From: Oikopleura dioica
Taxonomy: Eukaryota > Animalia > Chordata
DNA length: 64,000 bases
Assembly: GCA_907165135.1 (NCBI GenBank)
Contig: OU015568.1
Coordinates: forward strand, 15,945,208-16,009,207
Direction: 5' to 3'
In this document: in pieces, positions 11,257 to 27,415 of the stretch
Layout of the letters: each line of letters starts with the position of its first letter
Numbering within the stretch: the first letter of the stretch is position 1
Made by a program: the position numbers and the translations under genes
The notes under the pieces: model-generated
Told to the model about the DNA's origin: nothing
What the model saw: only the letters and a program-made list of their open reading frames with translations
The model's database searches: none

Positions 11257-12225
11257 TTAAAACCAGACGTCTGAAACCTGGTTAGGCGTGCTGTGCTCAT
11301 TCTGACGCCAACGAGATATGCTGTTTTGAAGGGCCTGGTGTGCCTCGTGAACGTCGCGCCGGGGAAAGCCAAGTCGAAGGGAGACGAGGCGGACGAGATC
11401 GTCTTGTCGACGAGCTCTCAGACGGATTCCTCGGAGACTAAAAGGTAATAGAGAGAAGCAAGGAAAGCCGGAATTACCTGAAACAAATACAAGCTGCAGT
11501 CACGATAGCAGGCGAAAATTTATTCAACTCCTGCTCGAGGCACGAAATGTCGATAACGAAACGCGCTCTATTTGTAATTTGTGCGGTGCGCTCCTGATTG
11601 AAGCGCATCAGGGTCATTAAAGGCGACAAGATGTCGATCCGGCTGGTGCAAGAAACATTCCAGCCGAATTGACAAAGGATAGAGATTTCTAATTCCCGGA
11701 TTTCTGATGCCGTGGTCGTGTGGGCCGTGGCAGCGACGCATTTTCTTACTTGAATTGGATTCACATCATAAACTGAGCAATAATGAAGAACCCATTCATT
11801 AATGACAGAAGTACCTTTTGAAATAATAAGCAAACATGTAATGGCAGTCACTTGCAGTTGACAAGGCATAAGTGAGACCTTGGATAAATAACGATCTAAT
11901 AGTTGAACGGCGCCAGGGAATACTGAGCCGCAGCATTCCTCTAGCTCGGCGACTTCGAGAAGCCACTGGGCGACTTCGTTTCGCATCCAAGGTCGACACT
12001 CATCTAAAACAATCGAACGATCCGCGCATGTGTTTGGAAATTACCTTGGATTTCCTCGAAGCAGTCGCTTCTGATATCATTAGGCTGACAGGCGATAAGA
12101 TTCCGCTTGATCCGAATAGGGTCATTTCTCCAATTGGGATCCGGTGTAGATGGAACCGACTGAACGCCAAGTTCAATCGGGCTTTGATCGAGAACAGCTT
12201 CTTCCTCCGGAATATGAATCGGCAT
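11257..12225 (-). CDS. CCND: Cyclin D-like protein (spliced; start codon uncertain)
   Basis: PWMRNEVAQWLLEV...VFPGAVQLLDRYLS...LQVTAITCLLIISK cyclin box. C-terminal STPNQVSDVWF resembles the cyclin D TPTDV degron. Confidence 0.8.
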
Positions 12226-12587
12226 CAACGAGCCACTGCTGGCTCTTTTTCAAGATTTCGTTAGAAAAAGCAAGCCATGGTCATTTTGGTCTTGTCTGAA
12301 AGAAATGGACGATTTAGTGGATTGAAATTATATAAGATTCTGTTTCAATAAAGGGCACAGAAATAATATAAGACCAGCTCTTGAAAGAAACTTTTTCAAA
12401 AAGCGATCGCTCGATGCAAAATCAGTGAGTCCTACGATGATTTTAAGGGGACAGTTTTTAAGTTCTGATCAGTTCTTTTCAATGTTGAGTCAGAGGGTTG
12501 GGTTCGATTCAAGTAGAGCAAAGTTAGCACTAGAGTTTTTGTTTAGAAGAAAAGTAATGAAAGGTGTTGCATCATCGAGTTTTTTCT

Positions 12588-13108
12588 CTACTTTTTGGGC
12601 TTTGGCTGGGCCATTGGCTGACCCTTGTCCTTGCCCCGGAGTTTTATGCCGATCACGCGTTCGATCTTGCCCAGGATTTGATTGTTCGGAATGCTCTTGC
12701 CGAGCTCGTACTCGTTGATAACCTGCGGCTTCTCGCAGATCTTGGTAGCCAGCTCTTTTTGAGTCATTCCTTTCTGGTTGCGTCCCTTTTGGATGAGTTT
12801 GCCGACATCCATACCAAGGGTCTATCAAATAGTCAGCATCAAATTCACTTATTGTGAGCGGTACCTTGTGTTTAAGCTCTTCCGTTTCTCGATCGAGCTT
12901 GGCATGGTGGGCGGTGTTTCCTTTGTTGTTGGTTCCGGCAAACATTTTTTGTCGAGTCTCGAGGTTGCCAGATCGCTGGGCTTGTCGGAGGGCAGACTTT
13001 TCATTTGCGGTTCCCTAGGCGAGAATACAGATATTTTTAGGAAGAATAAGTGCTTACTCGAGCGGGTCGGGATTTGCTGATAACGGTAACGGAATCCCAG
13101 TCATCCAT
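12588..13108 (-). CDS. EDF1: Endothelial differentiation-related factor 1 / MBF1
   Basis: [10 protein letters not shown]...AGTNN...[11 protein letters not shown]...[30 protein letters not shown], helix-turn-helix domain. Confidence 0.95.
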
Positions 13109-13173
13109 GGTAAGATACTTTTAGTTAACTTCTGAATACATATCGGATTAACAGTTGAAAGAAAAAAATATAT

Positions 13174-14519
13174 TTAGAGTGATTTCAAGGAATGTTGCAT
13201 TTGTTCAAGGTGGGCGAAGGAATTCACAAAGTGCTCAGAATCGATAGAATAGGCTTCGTAGCGGTGAAGAAAGGCGCGATGATTGAACATGTCCCAAGAT
13301 TGCGAAAGAACTGTCTCGAGCGGCTCTAAAGGTGTTCATAAAATAACCTTACAGAATTTTGAGCGTTACCGATAAGAGTTTGATCTGCAGAGAGCGTCGA
13401 TAGAAACGTTTCATGCTTCAGAAAAGGTTTTTTCGCCAGATAAGAATTGAATCTATCTGTCGGAGCGATTTTGTCTGAGAATATCTTGTCATCATTTAGG
13501 CAGCTCTCTATTTTTTCGCATCCTTCGTTTTTGCCTCGAATGTAAGCATTCATCGCGATTGACCTGTTTGTCACTGACTTCATATTCATATTTCCAGAGT
13601 TTTCGTTAAAATTGCCAGTGAGGCAAAGCTGATGCATGTATTTCAACAATAAGTCGTTCGAATATGTCTAGAAGACATAATGAAATAAGCAAGTCGGGAA
13701 GAAAGATAGCGTTACCAAAAATGCTCTTTTTGGATTGTGAAGTTGTGGCAGGCTTCTTGGCGTCAGACATTTGAAATTCGGTGAAGGACAAAGGTCGACG
13801 GCGATTTGGTAGATGGGCATTTTGTGAAGTGCTCCATCCGAATCCTTTATTGGCAAAAGAATCGACGCAAGTTCCTTTGCTACGTAGTTGTTAATGTCCG
13901 AGTAGGCGACGTTTTTGAGATCGAAGCGCGATTGAATAATGTCAGTGATGCTTGAGTTCTGATGGAAAATGATTCCGTCGGTGGAGTTGTTCAACGAGTT
14001 CAGCGTAAGAAGCGTGTTGTAGTTTTGAACGACGACTTCGCCGGTTGAATATGGCCACACGGCGTGCGCTACTATTGGCACTTTTGATCCGTACTCTTCT
14101 CTGATACTCTCGACAGTCCTAGAACCGACTCCAGAGCCTGTACCGCCTGCCATCGCGAGCATAACAAGAAATCCATCATTAATCGAGTCCGAGTCTTCCG
14201 CAAGCTTTCTGATCTGTCGTTGAATAGTCTCTTGATTGCGCTCGCCAAGAACCGAATAGCCAAAGGCCCAATTATTCCCTGATCCAGATCTTGCCGTAAT
14301 CGCCGCCGTTTTCGAGTAGTTCCACGCATTTGCCTCAGATTTTTTCATAACACTCTCGATCACCTTAGGCTCCATGTCAATAAGAACATTTCTTGCGTAC
14401 ACTTTTCCATTCTGCTTTTCAACGAAAAACCCGTCTCGCAAGCCTTCATCCCACATAAGTTCCGTCAAACAATGCGAAATCTGATTGCCGCATTGTCCCA
14501 GAGCAACTGTTATTGGCAT
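13174..14519 (-). CDS. TUBD1: Delta-tubulin
   Basis: LGQCGNQI, ARNVLIDMEPKVI, SGSGNNWAFGY, AGGTGSG, VWPYSTGEVVVQNYNTLLTL; C-terminus WDMFNHRAFLHRY. Confidence 0.92.
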
Positions 14520-14667
14520 ACGAGATAATTAAACTCTTAAAATTTATTTGATAGATCGAGAACGAGGAAATTTTGACAGCTGTGGAGCGAGTGCTTGAAG
14601 AAATCGAGTTTTGGAAACAACGAGGAGTACGAAAAATGATCGATGACGGTAGTGAATGAAGGTAAAT

Positions 14668-14978
14668 CTAGCCAGATTTGAACAAGAGGATAGCGACGGA
14701 ACCGAGGTAAAAGTAGATGAAGTTTTTCGTTTCGTGAGTCACATAAGAGCCAAAGTTGCGGCCAACAATACAGTGCCAGGTTGGACTGAATCTTATTAGA
14801 GAAGAATGTGTCATAGAACGCATTACCTGTAGCGCTTGTCGAATTCTTTCTTGATAAATGCGGCAATGTCTTTTTCGATGTTGTACTTGTCCAAAGCTTG
14901 GCTTGCGCATTCTACCACGTCAGCCTGCATATCCTCGGACATATCCGCATTTTTGATGACCGCTCTCTTCTCCGTCAT
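14668..14978 (-). CDS. DYNLL: Dynein light chain LC8
   Basis: [11 protein letters not shown]...[48 protein letters not shown]...LLFKSG; one intron. Confidence 0.97.
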
Positions 14979-15381
14979 TATCGATAAAGCGATTCAAGTC
15001 TCTGAAAGAGGAAGATTAGAGCCTTATCAATCGGTAGAACTAGGAGGCAGTGTTCCAACACAAATCACGATGAACTTCAAATATTCAAAAGTAAAGGAAT
15101 CAGAATAATGGGTTTTCAGAAAAGTTGGGCAATTAAAAGGAGACTCATTAAAATTACTAATTGAGGGTTTACCCTACAGTCATTCTTTCAGTGATACCGC
15201 AAACAGACATTGAAAAATTCGCTACATCCCAGGAAAAGTTAAAACGTCCCTGCAAAGTTATAATTTTACATCGATTTTGAGCGGTATTAAAAGATCGGAA
15301 TGGGAAAGAATGGGACGAAGTACGAGGCAGAATTGAAAAAGCGACAGGTTCAGAACAAATTTAGAAAGAAATCAATCGTTA

Positions 15382-18300
15382 TTAACGATAGCTCGAGTAC
15401 CCATTCATGTTGGAGTCCATTTTCCCGTTGGCACTTGCGCCGTTTTCACCGACAGCCTTCACAAAAATTAATTATAAATCCAGTAAGCCAGTCAATTACT
15501 CGCTAATAAATTGAATACCTTCAAAACATCATTCACTTCTCTTCGGAAAACAGAGAGTCCGTGCGTGAAACGATCGCGGTTTTTCGAATGAAGATTCTTG
15601 TCAATACCTTCCATCAAATGTTCAAAGCACTTAAAATCAGTGAACGGGGACATCATCGCAAATCGGGATACCTGGGACAGTCCCTGAAGCTTGTCGGGGC
15701 TTTGGGTTGAGCAAAGGCTTTCTTGCACCTTGCCAAAGTTGTCAAAATTAATCAGGATAAGGCCTAGCAGTGGTCTTGACATGCTCCATTGATTTTTGCA
15801 ATCCTACAACGCGCTATTAGTGACACTGAGAGAAGAAATAAAAGCAAACCTGGAACATGATTATATTTAAAATATTAATAAGCGGCTGCTGCATCAGTTC
15901 TGGGTGTTTTTCGAGAATTCCTAAAAGCTTCTGTCCAGCAGCTAGCTCCCAGTTCTGTGAAAGAGCGGCCTTGTTTCGTCTGTTCCATATTCTCCTTGAG
16001 GAAAGCGTCAAATCTAGTCGATAAGTACTGACACTTACCAAACGAATGAAACAACATTATCAAGTGTAGTACAACAGTTTGTGCAGACGGCAGTGTCCCA
16101 CGCGGCAAGTCCGTGCGTAATTGATTGCATGATAGAGTAGAGTACTTCTTCCGGTAGCTGTGCGAATAATGTCATGTGATCCTGAGTGATAACTTCCATA
16201 AGACTGTAATATGAAGTGTTGAGCTTGGGGTAGTCAGCAAGTTGGCTTGGAGTGATGGACACGAGCAGTTTAACAAACGTCTTGAAATTGGTTGATCGAG
16301 AGGATGAGAAATGTCAATTACCTCGAAAGCATTTTCTAATGCGTTGTCATTGTAAAGCTTGAAAATTCCGAAGTTGACCATATTTGAGCTGAGAGCAGAA
16401 CGCAGTAGCTTGAAGCAGAGGCAAACACCTTTCAATTTATGGCTGTAAATTAGCGAGTCAGGAATCTCTCCGATGCCAAGGATGGCTTGACCGTAAGTGA
16501 CGAGCATGTTGGAAGCTTCGCGGAAAAGCAACACACCGTTTGGTGATGAAACTTCGAATTGTAATCGTTGAGATCTGTTTTGAAGAAGCTCAACCATACC
16601 TAGTAAGAATAAATCACTGCGATAAACGAGATATTCTTACATTTCAAAATGGGCGTAGTCACGTCTGGATCGTGGTACCAAATTTTCAAGGCTTTTCCTA
16701 AGATTTGAATATTCGCTGGAAAGTACCACTCGAATAACATGAGATACGAAGTTTTGTTGTTGAATGCGATGGCGGCTCCATTTAGATCTCGGGCAACGCC
16801 GATGACCAACTGTTTCAGCTGAGGCTGAACAAAGTATCAACGTCTATCGCATCAAGACTTGATGATCAAGTTGTACATACCGAATGCGAATTGTTAGGCC
16901 CACAACTCGAGTCATTGAGCCCATTTCGGAGAATATCAAAAGCTTCCTGGACTGGACGCATGAAGTTAGAAAAGATCTCTTCGTCCTCTCCTAATTCCAC
17001 CATCAGCAAGCGACCGAGAGCCGAATAAAAGCTCGTTCTACTCTAAAAATATTTTAATTACTTGAATCATCAATCGAACCCTAACCTTGAGGCGCTTGAC
17101 TTGTGACTTATTGTCAAACCCATCTTGTATTCTCAGGAAAGGGAAATCTTGGTGATTGTGAAGGAGCTGCTTGACAGAGTCGAGTTTTATCAGCTTTCGA
17201 ACAGTGGCGTATCCAACAGCAAGATCGGACAATAATTGAAGCGTTTTTCGCTAAAAATGTGATTGATTGAAGATAAACCAATATTCCTACCAAAATTTTT
17301 TCGCTCTCGCCCCAATATTTCAAGTTGATGATGATTTTCTTTACAAGCACATCAAGAATATCCGACTCATCATTCAAGCTGCACACCTCAGACAGTCTCA
17401 TATACGCTTTTGACGACTTGTGGACTTGATCTCCGACGTAGATTTTTCTAAACTGATCGAAAAACTGCAACATCGCCAGCTCAATGGCTTCAGATCTTCC
17501 TTTGCCGTTTTCAAGTCCATTGTTGATGACATCCATGAGCATTAGAATCTTTATACTGAGATCACCATCCAAAGCATCATGCTCATCCGAGCTCGTGATG
17601 CTTATTCGCCCGCCAACAGCAGCACCGATAATGAAAACTAACCAACCGATCTGGAACTCGATGATTTTCTTCTCCTGCTCGTTTACTTGACCATTGAGAA
17701 CCCGCGAATACTCCTGCCCAACTTGGTCGAAGAAATTCTTTAGCAACGTCGTCGTTGATTCATACTCGCATCTGCAGATGGTGGAGATCTGGTCGAGCTG
17801 TTGTGTCAACGAGTTTTGGTCGTCGAGAGGATTGTCCATCCCATCGCAAATGACCAAGCGGGCACATTCAAGTCTTGACTGCACGTAAGACTTCGTTACT
17901 TCTGGCGTGTACTTGTCGAGCTCATGAGCTTTTGCATTTCGGATGTATGGTATCGAGGCGGTTAGTTTCTGCCAGAGACCGAGGAGGTAGTGCAAACTGT
18001 TTGTAGAGAATTGAAAGCAATTTAGCGATTGGACAGTGAATTCAGCAATCAAGCGGATGGCCTCAGAATAGTCGTCTAAGTTTGGTTGATATTAAACTCA
18101 AGAAAATTCAAGAAGAAATACCTAAAGAAGTAAGCTCCCCAAGCTGATAATTAGCTTTGAGACGGCCTAATAGCCTACAGAATTCGTGATACACTTCAGG
18201 ATTCGACAAGCTGTTTCCGTTATTCAACACGGATGTGATTCCCCTCATCAAAGTCGTCAAATATTGATGACGTTCTAGGATGATCAGTTAGTTGATAATA

Positions 18301-19494
18301 GCCGACAAATATGACGTAAAAGATCCCGGACATGGACACTTACCTTCCGCATTGAATAAGCTTCGGCGAACAGACGCCATCTGAACCATCGATGCAAGAA
18401 GAAGGCGACAGTTTTCCGCGGGGAGAATTTTATAAAGATCGAAGAAGAGCTGCATCGCGCTGTCCTTTTCAACAAAGAACTGGCGCCAACTTGTAGGAAT
18501 TTGAACAGTTGTCTGAGAATGACATTAGCTCTTACAATCTAAACTTGACATTTACCTGATCATCGGCAGACTCATCTTGGCATGTTCCGATGAAGTCGTA
18601 GTTGAGGCACGCCATAGCGAGTCTGAGTAGCCCGTCGATGAGTTGCACTTGCTTTGAGTCGTTGACATTGAAGCTGTTTGTCTCTAGCCCAGTTCGCAGC
18701 AATCGAATAGCAGTTTTAAAACAGTCAAGAAGTGTATTATCTCGGAACGATGCCGCTGTTTTGCGCTGCTTTGTCAAAGGCCTATGATGATGTGATTAAA
18801 CAAAAATCGGATCGTTTATCAATAATCATATGCATAAAACATTTGATGGCGTTGGTTCAAAATCATATTGATTTTACAGGGGGCATTACCTCGCATTATC
18901 TGCGTAACCAGCTTTGTCGACTTCAACGATCAATAATTCATATAAGGAGACCCCAATTATACATTTGTCCAAACTTGCTTGTTCAAGGTCATTTTTTGTC
19001 TACGTGGAAAATGAATATAGTTAGAGGATTTGACCAGTTCCTTTCTGGAATTTCTCAACATCTTCGACAACATTTCTGAACGGCCAGTCCCCGTCATACG
19101 AGTCGAGCCAGCCTAACTTCGTGATTTTGGCATACAGTTGTATAAGATTCTTCACCACAAAAGACTCAAGATTACGATTGAAGAGATAGTTTAGGACATA
19201 GTTCTTTATATCGATTCGCTTCTGTATCTCTAGCGTTGTGCTCGGACGAGAAACAAGCTTTACTAGCGTCGTGGTCGCGCAGGATTGTGAGTAGGGCGTT
19301 GTGCCACGCTCCAACAACATCTGACATTTTTCGAGGCCTTGGGGATCGTCCACCAAGTTTAAAATCGTCTAATCAACATGTAAATCCTAACTACTCAGAA
19401 ACGGGTTTACTTGTTCTGCATTTTTGCGCTCGTTAGTGTCTGTAGCAGTGTATATTTTTGAAGCTGCATCCTCGAGAACTTGTAAGTCCGACAT
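15382..19494 (-). CDS. XPO7: Exportin-7 / RanBP16-17 family (multi-exon)
   Basis: [11 protein letters not shown]...[61 protein letters not shown]. Confidence 0.93.
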
Positions 19495-19616
19495 AAATAC
19501 GAGCGATACGATTCAAATAATCTGAAAACGAGATCGAGTCGTTGGGGTAGAAAAATTAAATGTTTATTGTAAAAATAGCATATGGTGGGTGTGAGAGTAA
19601 ACAGAAGGAACTGAGT

Positions 19617-20274
19617 TTACTCGTCGTTCTTTAACTGCCGCCAATCTTGTTGGTATTCTCTGAGTTCCATCACTTCGGGTCGCTGTCGGACGGAAATTCT
19701 AAGGAATCATTAATTTTGCTAGAAAAATTACTGAATAAACTAACCCTCTCCACCAAGATTGAATCATAATAGCGGCCTTATCTTCTGAAATACGCATTGA
19801 AAGCGGCAAAATCGGACGAGGATGCGTCTTGTCCCATTCTGACACAAATGGAATGTCGCTAGAATAATTTTTTTCGACCAAAGATCGACCTTCAAATCTA
19901 CCTCAGTTTGACATGCTCCTGTCCCTGTCGCTTCGGATTGTTATTGTAAAGAAACTCTGTTAGAAAATCGCACGGATTGTATTTGTTTTTCCTCTTGTAC
20001 TTGAATACATCGTTATCTTCGGCTGTATCAATCATTTTAGTCAAGGCTTCACGAAGGATTGGCATCATTTGAGTTCGAATATACTTAACGCTCGAGCACT
20101 TTTTTCTATTAAGAAGTTTGATGAACCGCAAAAAAGGTGGACTTACAGATCATCGGTCAGTTCTTCATCAGGTCCCACATTTTGAACTGGTACTTTTGGC
20201 GAAGGATCTTCTTCTGGAAGGTGTTCTCTATACTCTTGAAATTCTGTGCAAATGTTCTCCCATAACGTTCCCAT
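19617..20274 (-). CDS. IQCK: IQ domain-containing protein K
   Basis: KYNPCDFLTEFLYNNNPKR, IPFVSEWDKTHPRPILPLS, AAIMIQSWWRG...PEVMELREYQ. Confidence 0.8.
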
Positions 20275-20344
20275 ATTTCAATCTAAACGCAAGCAATTGT
20301 AAGATTTGCAAGGGATAATTTTGTGAAAGTATAAAAATAATATC

Positions 20345-22376
20345 TCAGTGAAAAAATGATGAAAATAACAAAAAAATCTTTTGAATGTTTCGAAGTGCTT
20401 CTAGTAGTGTTTGACGGCAGTAAACCCATGTCGTGGAGCGGTTGATGGTCTTTGCTGCTCTGGTTCTCGTTTCGTTTTGCTAATTATCGATTTAATCCCA
20501 AGCTGAAAATAGTCAGCTGCTTACCTTCCAACGGGCTTCCATGGCTCGTTAGGCTTTCGCGGCTCTCTGACGCGTCTGGGCGCTCCGTCCCGCGGATCAT
20601 GCTTGTAAGTGACTGGTCCCTTCGATGGCTTCGGTGCCACTCGGCCGCGCGTACCAGCCATCGATCCAGTGAATTCGCTTGAATTTCTAACCTTGAGACG
20701 AGTGCTACCACTGGCGAAATCGTCGAGGAGCTAACAGTGTCGAGATAAACGTTTGAGGCGACTGCGGCTGCGCGAGGCTGGGGAGCGATCGAGTTCACAA
20801 TTGAGTTCTGCCTTGAGCCAGATGAGTTTGAAAGAGGATATCCTCCAGCACTAGAAATAAATTCAATTAGTCGTCATTCAGAATTCTCGATTCTTACGTT
20901 CTCTGCTGATTGGAACCTCCAAACTCGAGATTTTCTATTGACGGATGTCCATCAACATGCGGCTTTTGTAGAACACTCATCGCCTCCATGTTCAACGCGC
21001 AAATACCTCTCATCAGTGCTTTGCTGAGATTTTCCTCGACGTTGCCGTGTTTTTTCTCCATTTTCTCTAGTATCTCGTCGCGCGTTTTTACTTCCTGCTC
21101 GAGTTTATTTATTTGACAAGTAAGATCGTCTTTGAGCTTTATTTGGATTCATACTTTTTGATTTCGGATAATTCTAGTGCGTTAAAATGTGATCCCATTC
21201 CTTGATGCAAATTTCAGTCGCTCGCTCTTTGCAGACTTTTTCGACCTTGGCTTTCCACTTGGATTTAATAGAGTTCTTCCACAAATTAATATATTTTCGC
21301 AGCGTATTTCGACGATGAAGCTCCTCCACCATTTTGAGCCGCTTTTTCTCCTCCCTTCGGAGCTCGCACTGCTGCCTCCAATGTGCTAGAACTTCTGCGA
21401 TGGTTCGCTCCTCCATTTTACGAATCACTGAACAGGAAAATTATTCCGATTCGATCAATGAGTGAATCAAGGCTTACCGATTCTGCTGAGATTATCGACA
21501 ATTTTGTTGCGAGTTTTCAATTCGTCCTCGAGCTTTTGAACTTGATCCTGCAACGCGATGACTTTTTCGTAAAGCTCGAACTGCTGATGATGATGTTGCG
21601 AGTGGAGAGACTGTAGTCGAGCTTTGTGTTCGATCTCCAGCTGAGATTGAGAGCGTTTGTATTCTGCGTCGAGGGATTGTTGCAGCTCTGGAATGACTTT
21701 TTCGAAGACATCGGCGATGAAACTCGGTGCACCGGACGGAATCAGTGGTTGGAGCCGAGATGTGATGTCTTCTGACTCCAGTGTATCTTCAAAATACGTT
21801 AAAATATGACAATTATTATCAAACTAACTTCTTGTAAAAACTCTTTCTTGATTTTCGCTTCCGGAGGGGTAGGGTTGTCCAAATGATGTCCTGGAGTTCT
21901 CCAAGGACTCGTAATCATACTCAGTCGTGCTCTCTTCGTTTTCGTCTGTCATTCTTGGTTCGTCTCTTACAATCGTATCTGGCGTGTCTGGTGCGTCTCC
22001 TTGCGAACTTTGATCAGAAATGTCTTCAAGTGAGTCCTGCGAGAGCGCCAGTTCGACTAGGAAGCTATCTTGGCCATCTGCGATCGCTGAAAATCGATCT
22101 ATTTTTCATAAACGGTCGAGAAACAAAACAAAAGCCTCAAATTTTGCGAACAACTTGTTTTAGCGAAAATTTGCGTTTAATTAAATTAAGAAAAAACTGA
22201 AGCCCTTCAATTAGACAGGAATGCCCGGGGCGAAATCCTGCTTCTTATCAACCCTTTTTCAACGTACCTTGATGTGTATCACGTGGTCCAGCGACAGGTT
22301 GTGGGACCGGTCGAGGTTGGGCCTCGATGGAATAAGTCGCCTCGTCTACCAGATGCTCTTCTTCCTTATCTGACAT
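20345..22376 (-). CDS. POC5: Centriolar protein POC5 (3' end uncertain)
   Basis: WKAKVEKVCKERATEIC and LSKALMRGICALNMEAMSVLQ motifs; coiled coil. Confidence 0.75.
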
Positions 22377-22853
22377 TTTGCTCCTGTCCGATTTGAACTA
22401 GAAAGACGAGGGTGGTCAATTGAGGTAGTTCAATTTTTTATTCTGAGTGTAAGACACAAGCGGAGTTTGTTTGTTGAAGTTTTCAATGATAACTTGGTTG
22501 AAGATAAAGGAAAATAAGTTGATCTAATAAACACATTCTAGAAAGTACAGGAGAATCGGTTTTCGTGTCATCTCGGCGACAAATGCAGGTAAATCGGAGG
22601 TTGTTTATTCTTTATTCATTGTTCTGGCCTTTTCCGACGTACTGAAAAGTGATGTCCTAGCGATGGTTTAAAACTGAGAGCTTACGTTTAGATAGATGAA
22701 AATGACTTTTGCGGAGCAAAATCGGGACCTCAATATTTTTTGTGCTCATCTTGTAGCGCAGGTTCTGAGGAGTCGAATGGTATGATTTTTATGTGTCGAT
22801 GTTTTGAAAAACGTCAGATTCTAGCGCCTAAAGTACCTGAAAATGACAAGTGA

Positions 22854-23122
22854 TGACGCCATGTATCTCCAAAAATCTTCGAAAAAAGTATGGAGATATG
22901 GGTATCATTCGAAAGCCCAGCCAAAACTGAGGTTGCGCACCTGGTGCGCAAAAGAAAACGGCAAAAAAAATTTTTTACTAAAAAGTTCACCCTAGAAAAT
23001 ATTTTTTTCTGTTGAGAATTTTCGGCAGCAAACCGGGTGCGCAACCACAGTTTGAGCTGGGCTTTCCAATGATACCAAAATCTCCATATTTTTTTGAAAA
23101 TTTTCGGAGATAGAGGGCGTCA
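22854..23122. repeat. Foldback/MITE-like long inverted repeat with arms of about 91 bp (22854-22945 and 23032-23122)
   Basis: Left arm TGACGCCATGTATCTCC...GGTATCATTCGAAAGCCCAGC...GGTTGCGCACCTGGT matches the reverse complement of the right arm at roughly 85% by eye. No ORF. Confidence 0.8.
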
Positions 23123-23181
23123 AAGGATTTTTTCTTGAGGGGAGCCTATGACGTCATTTATGATGACTCAGACCCTCAAAA

Positions 23182-24018
23182 CTATATGAATCGACTCCTC
23201 GGGAGTTGCTCTTTCAGATGAGCACAAGAAAGATGGGGGTAGAATTTTGCTCCGAAAAAGTGATTTTCATGTATCTTTAAGACATTTCGTGTGAACATAT
23301 CTTCCGTCTTCTTTCTGGGGTCTTCTTCAAGATCGGAATCAATAATCGTCTTCTCATGCAACATCCATTCCACTACTTCCAGTTTAGGCTCGGGACCGAA
23401 ATTTCCTCCGCCAATCCACTGAATCGCCAGCGTTCCGTTTCTGTAAACAAATACAGTCGGCAAGTTTTTATCCGGGTAGTTGGGGACACATTGCTAAAAC
23501 TGTTAAGGCGGGGGAATTTCTTTCTTGTTCTACCTTTGCAACTCCACGGACAAATTTGACATGCTTGTACTTTTGCGCGAGATGGACGAAGTGGTTGTTG
23601 AGGATATTCGAAAGCATAACTCCCTTGTCGTAAAGATGAACAATCACCCAAATATCTTCGCCAGCCTGATTGACTTCCTGGGTCCAACTTTGAGCGGTAA
23701 TTTCTTTCACCTCGCCGAATTTATCTGAATATGCACCGTCAAATTTCAAAGAAAGAAAGAATTATAGTCACCTTTTGAAGCCTTGAGTTTCAGCGCAGCG
23801 ATGCGACTTTCTCTCATTTGCTGCATAATTTTCTCCTCGTCTTCGTCGAGCTCGTCGTCAAGGAGAGCATCAAGATCATCAACAGTAGTTCCATAATCTT
23901 TAGCTTCAAGTTCTTCTGGATCGGGATCCTCAATCTCTGGCTCGACTGGCTTGGGAGGGAGAATTCCCTTCCGTCGGAGAATATCGTTCCATTCGGTATC
24001 TTCGTTTGGATCTTGCAT
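23182..24018 (-). CDS. PDCL3: Phosducin-like protein 3 (PhLP2); 3' end approximate
   Basis: [46 protein letters not shown]. Confidence 0.93.
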
Positions 24019-24722
24019 TCTAAGAAACTGAAAAAATCAAATGGAGAATCTCTCAAATAGAACTTGTGCGTGAAAAAGAGAGTGATTCAGTGAGTTAACG
24101 AGTGAAAGCGCCTTTGGGCAAACTTAATCATAAAATAAAGAAAATCGTCACTCGCCTGTTGAATAAGCACCAGATGACGGTTAGTTTGATTTAGCAAGTG
24201 GGCTCAATCTCAAGCTGCGTCTCAGCCCGCCTCGGTTTTCAATGTTTGGTAAATGATCTTTCACGCCGAAGTGATTGGAAGTCATAGCTTATTTAGCAGG
24301 AATTTCACAAATTTCCAAAACCAGAAATGCGAAAGAATAGAACGGAGTTGTTTTTTTATCACTTTATTGTTATTTTTAATATTTTCAAGCGATTTTGAAT
24401 TGGAAAGGGATGAAGAAGTGCAAAACAGATATAAAATGGACCTTTGTTTTAAAAGACGGCCCTTATCTTAAATATTGATACCGGAATAGCAGTAGATTGT
24501 AACTGTATTAACTGTTTTAAACTTGAACCTTGATTTGAAAATAAACGAAAAGGTTTGAAGGAAACGGACGGGGACACGATTCTTTTTTGAAGCACATTGC
24601 AAGTTGATTCTTTTCTGTTTGACGTTCCTTTGTAAACTGAACTAAATGGTAAAAAAGAGAACTAGGACTTCAGATTTTTTAAGTGTGGAATTGATGGAGT
24701 AGCCCTTGCTTAGCATGAACTT

Positions 24723-26652
<1,930 letters not shown>

Positions 26653-27415
26653 GGCCGGGTCATTGTGCGACTTGTGGTGTAAAACTGTGCTCTTTTACGG
26701 CGCTGATTTTTATGAATTTCATTGTTATGGATAGACATACAGCCTGTAGGATACAGAATATCCAGAGGAGAATAGTCATGTGATCGAAAATGGAGAGTTT
26801 GCTCAATTGACAATTGAAAAGGAATTTTCAGTGGCAAATATTTATCGAACAGAATACTAAATGACGATCAGTATCGAACCATAATTCATGACTACTGTAA
26901 TATAAACGGGTAATATTTTAAAATAACGAAGGGTGTCATAAAAAGGGATGTACCTGTAAATATTTGAAAGTGGCGGAAGTGAGGAGCCACTTCCCTCACC
27001 ACTGGACGACATCCATAAAGCGATTACAGTAATTCTCTCAACTTCGGTCCGTCATCGTCATTTCACCATCTCGAGTCAACTCAATCTGAAAAGTGCCACT
27101 CATTGTTTTCTTACTGTGGAAGGGATTTTTTCGTTGGCTGGCGAAAGATAGAGGGGAGAAGAAAAAAAATGCGCACAGGTCGACAACAGGGCGATCAATA
27201 TTTGACAGCGTCAGCATCAGAGGGCCGCCTTCTTGGCTTTACGTTTCTTTACCTTACGATGAGATTGAAAAATAATTTTCCTGTCTGTGGACAATGAAAC
27301 AGTCTGGCGAATGATGCATCGCGCAGAGGAGCTTTCATGCAAGTCTCACACGTACACGATCGCTTTTAGTGACTCAGAATCATGACAATGTCAATGTTGC
27401 ACAGGAAAATTAACA

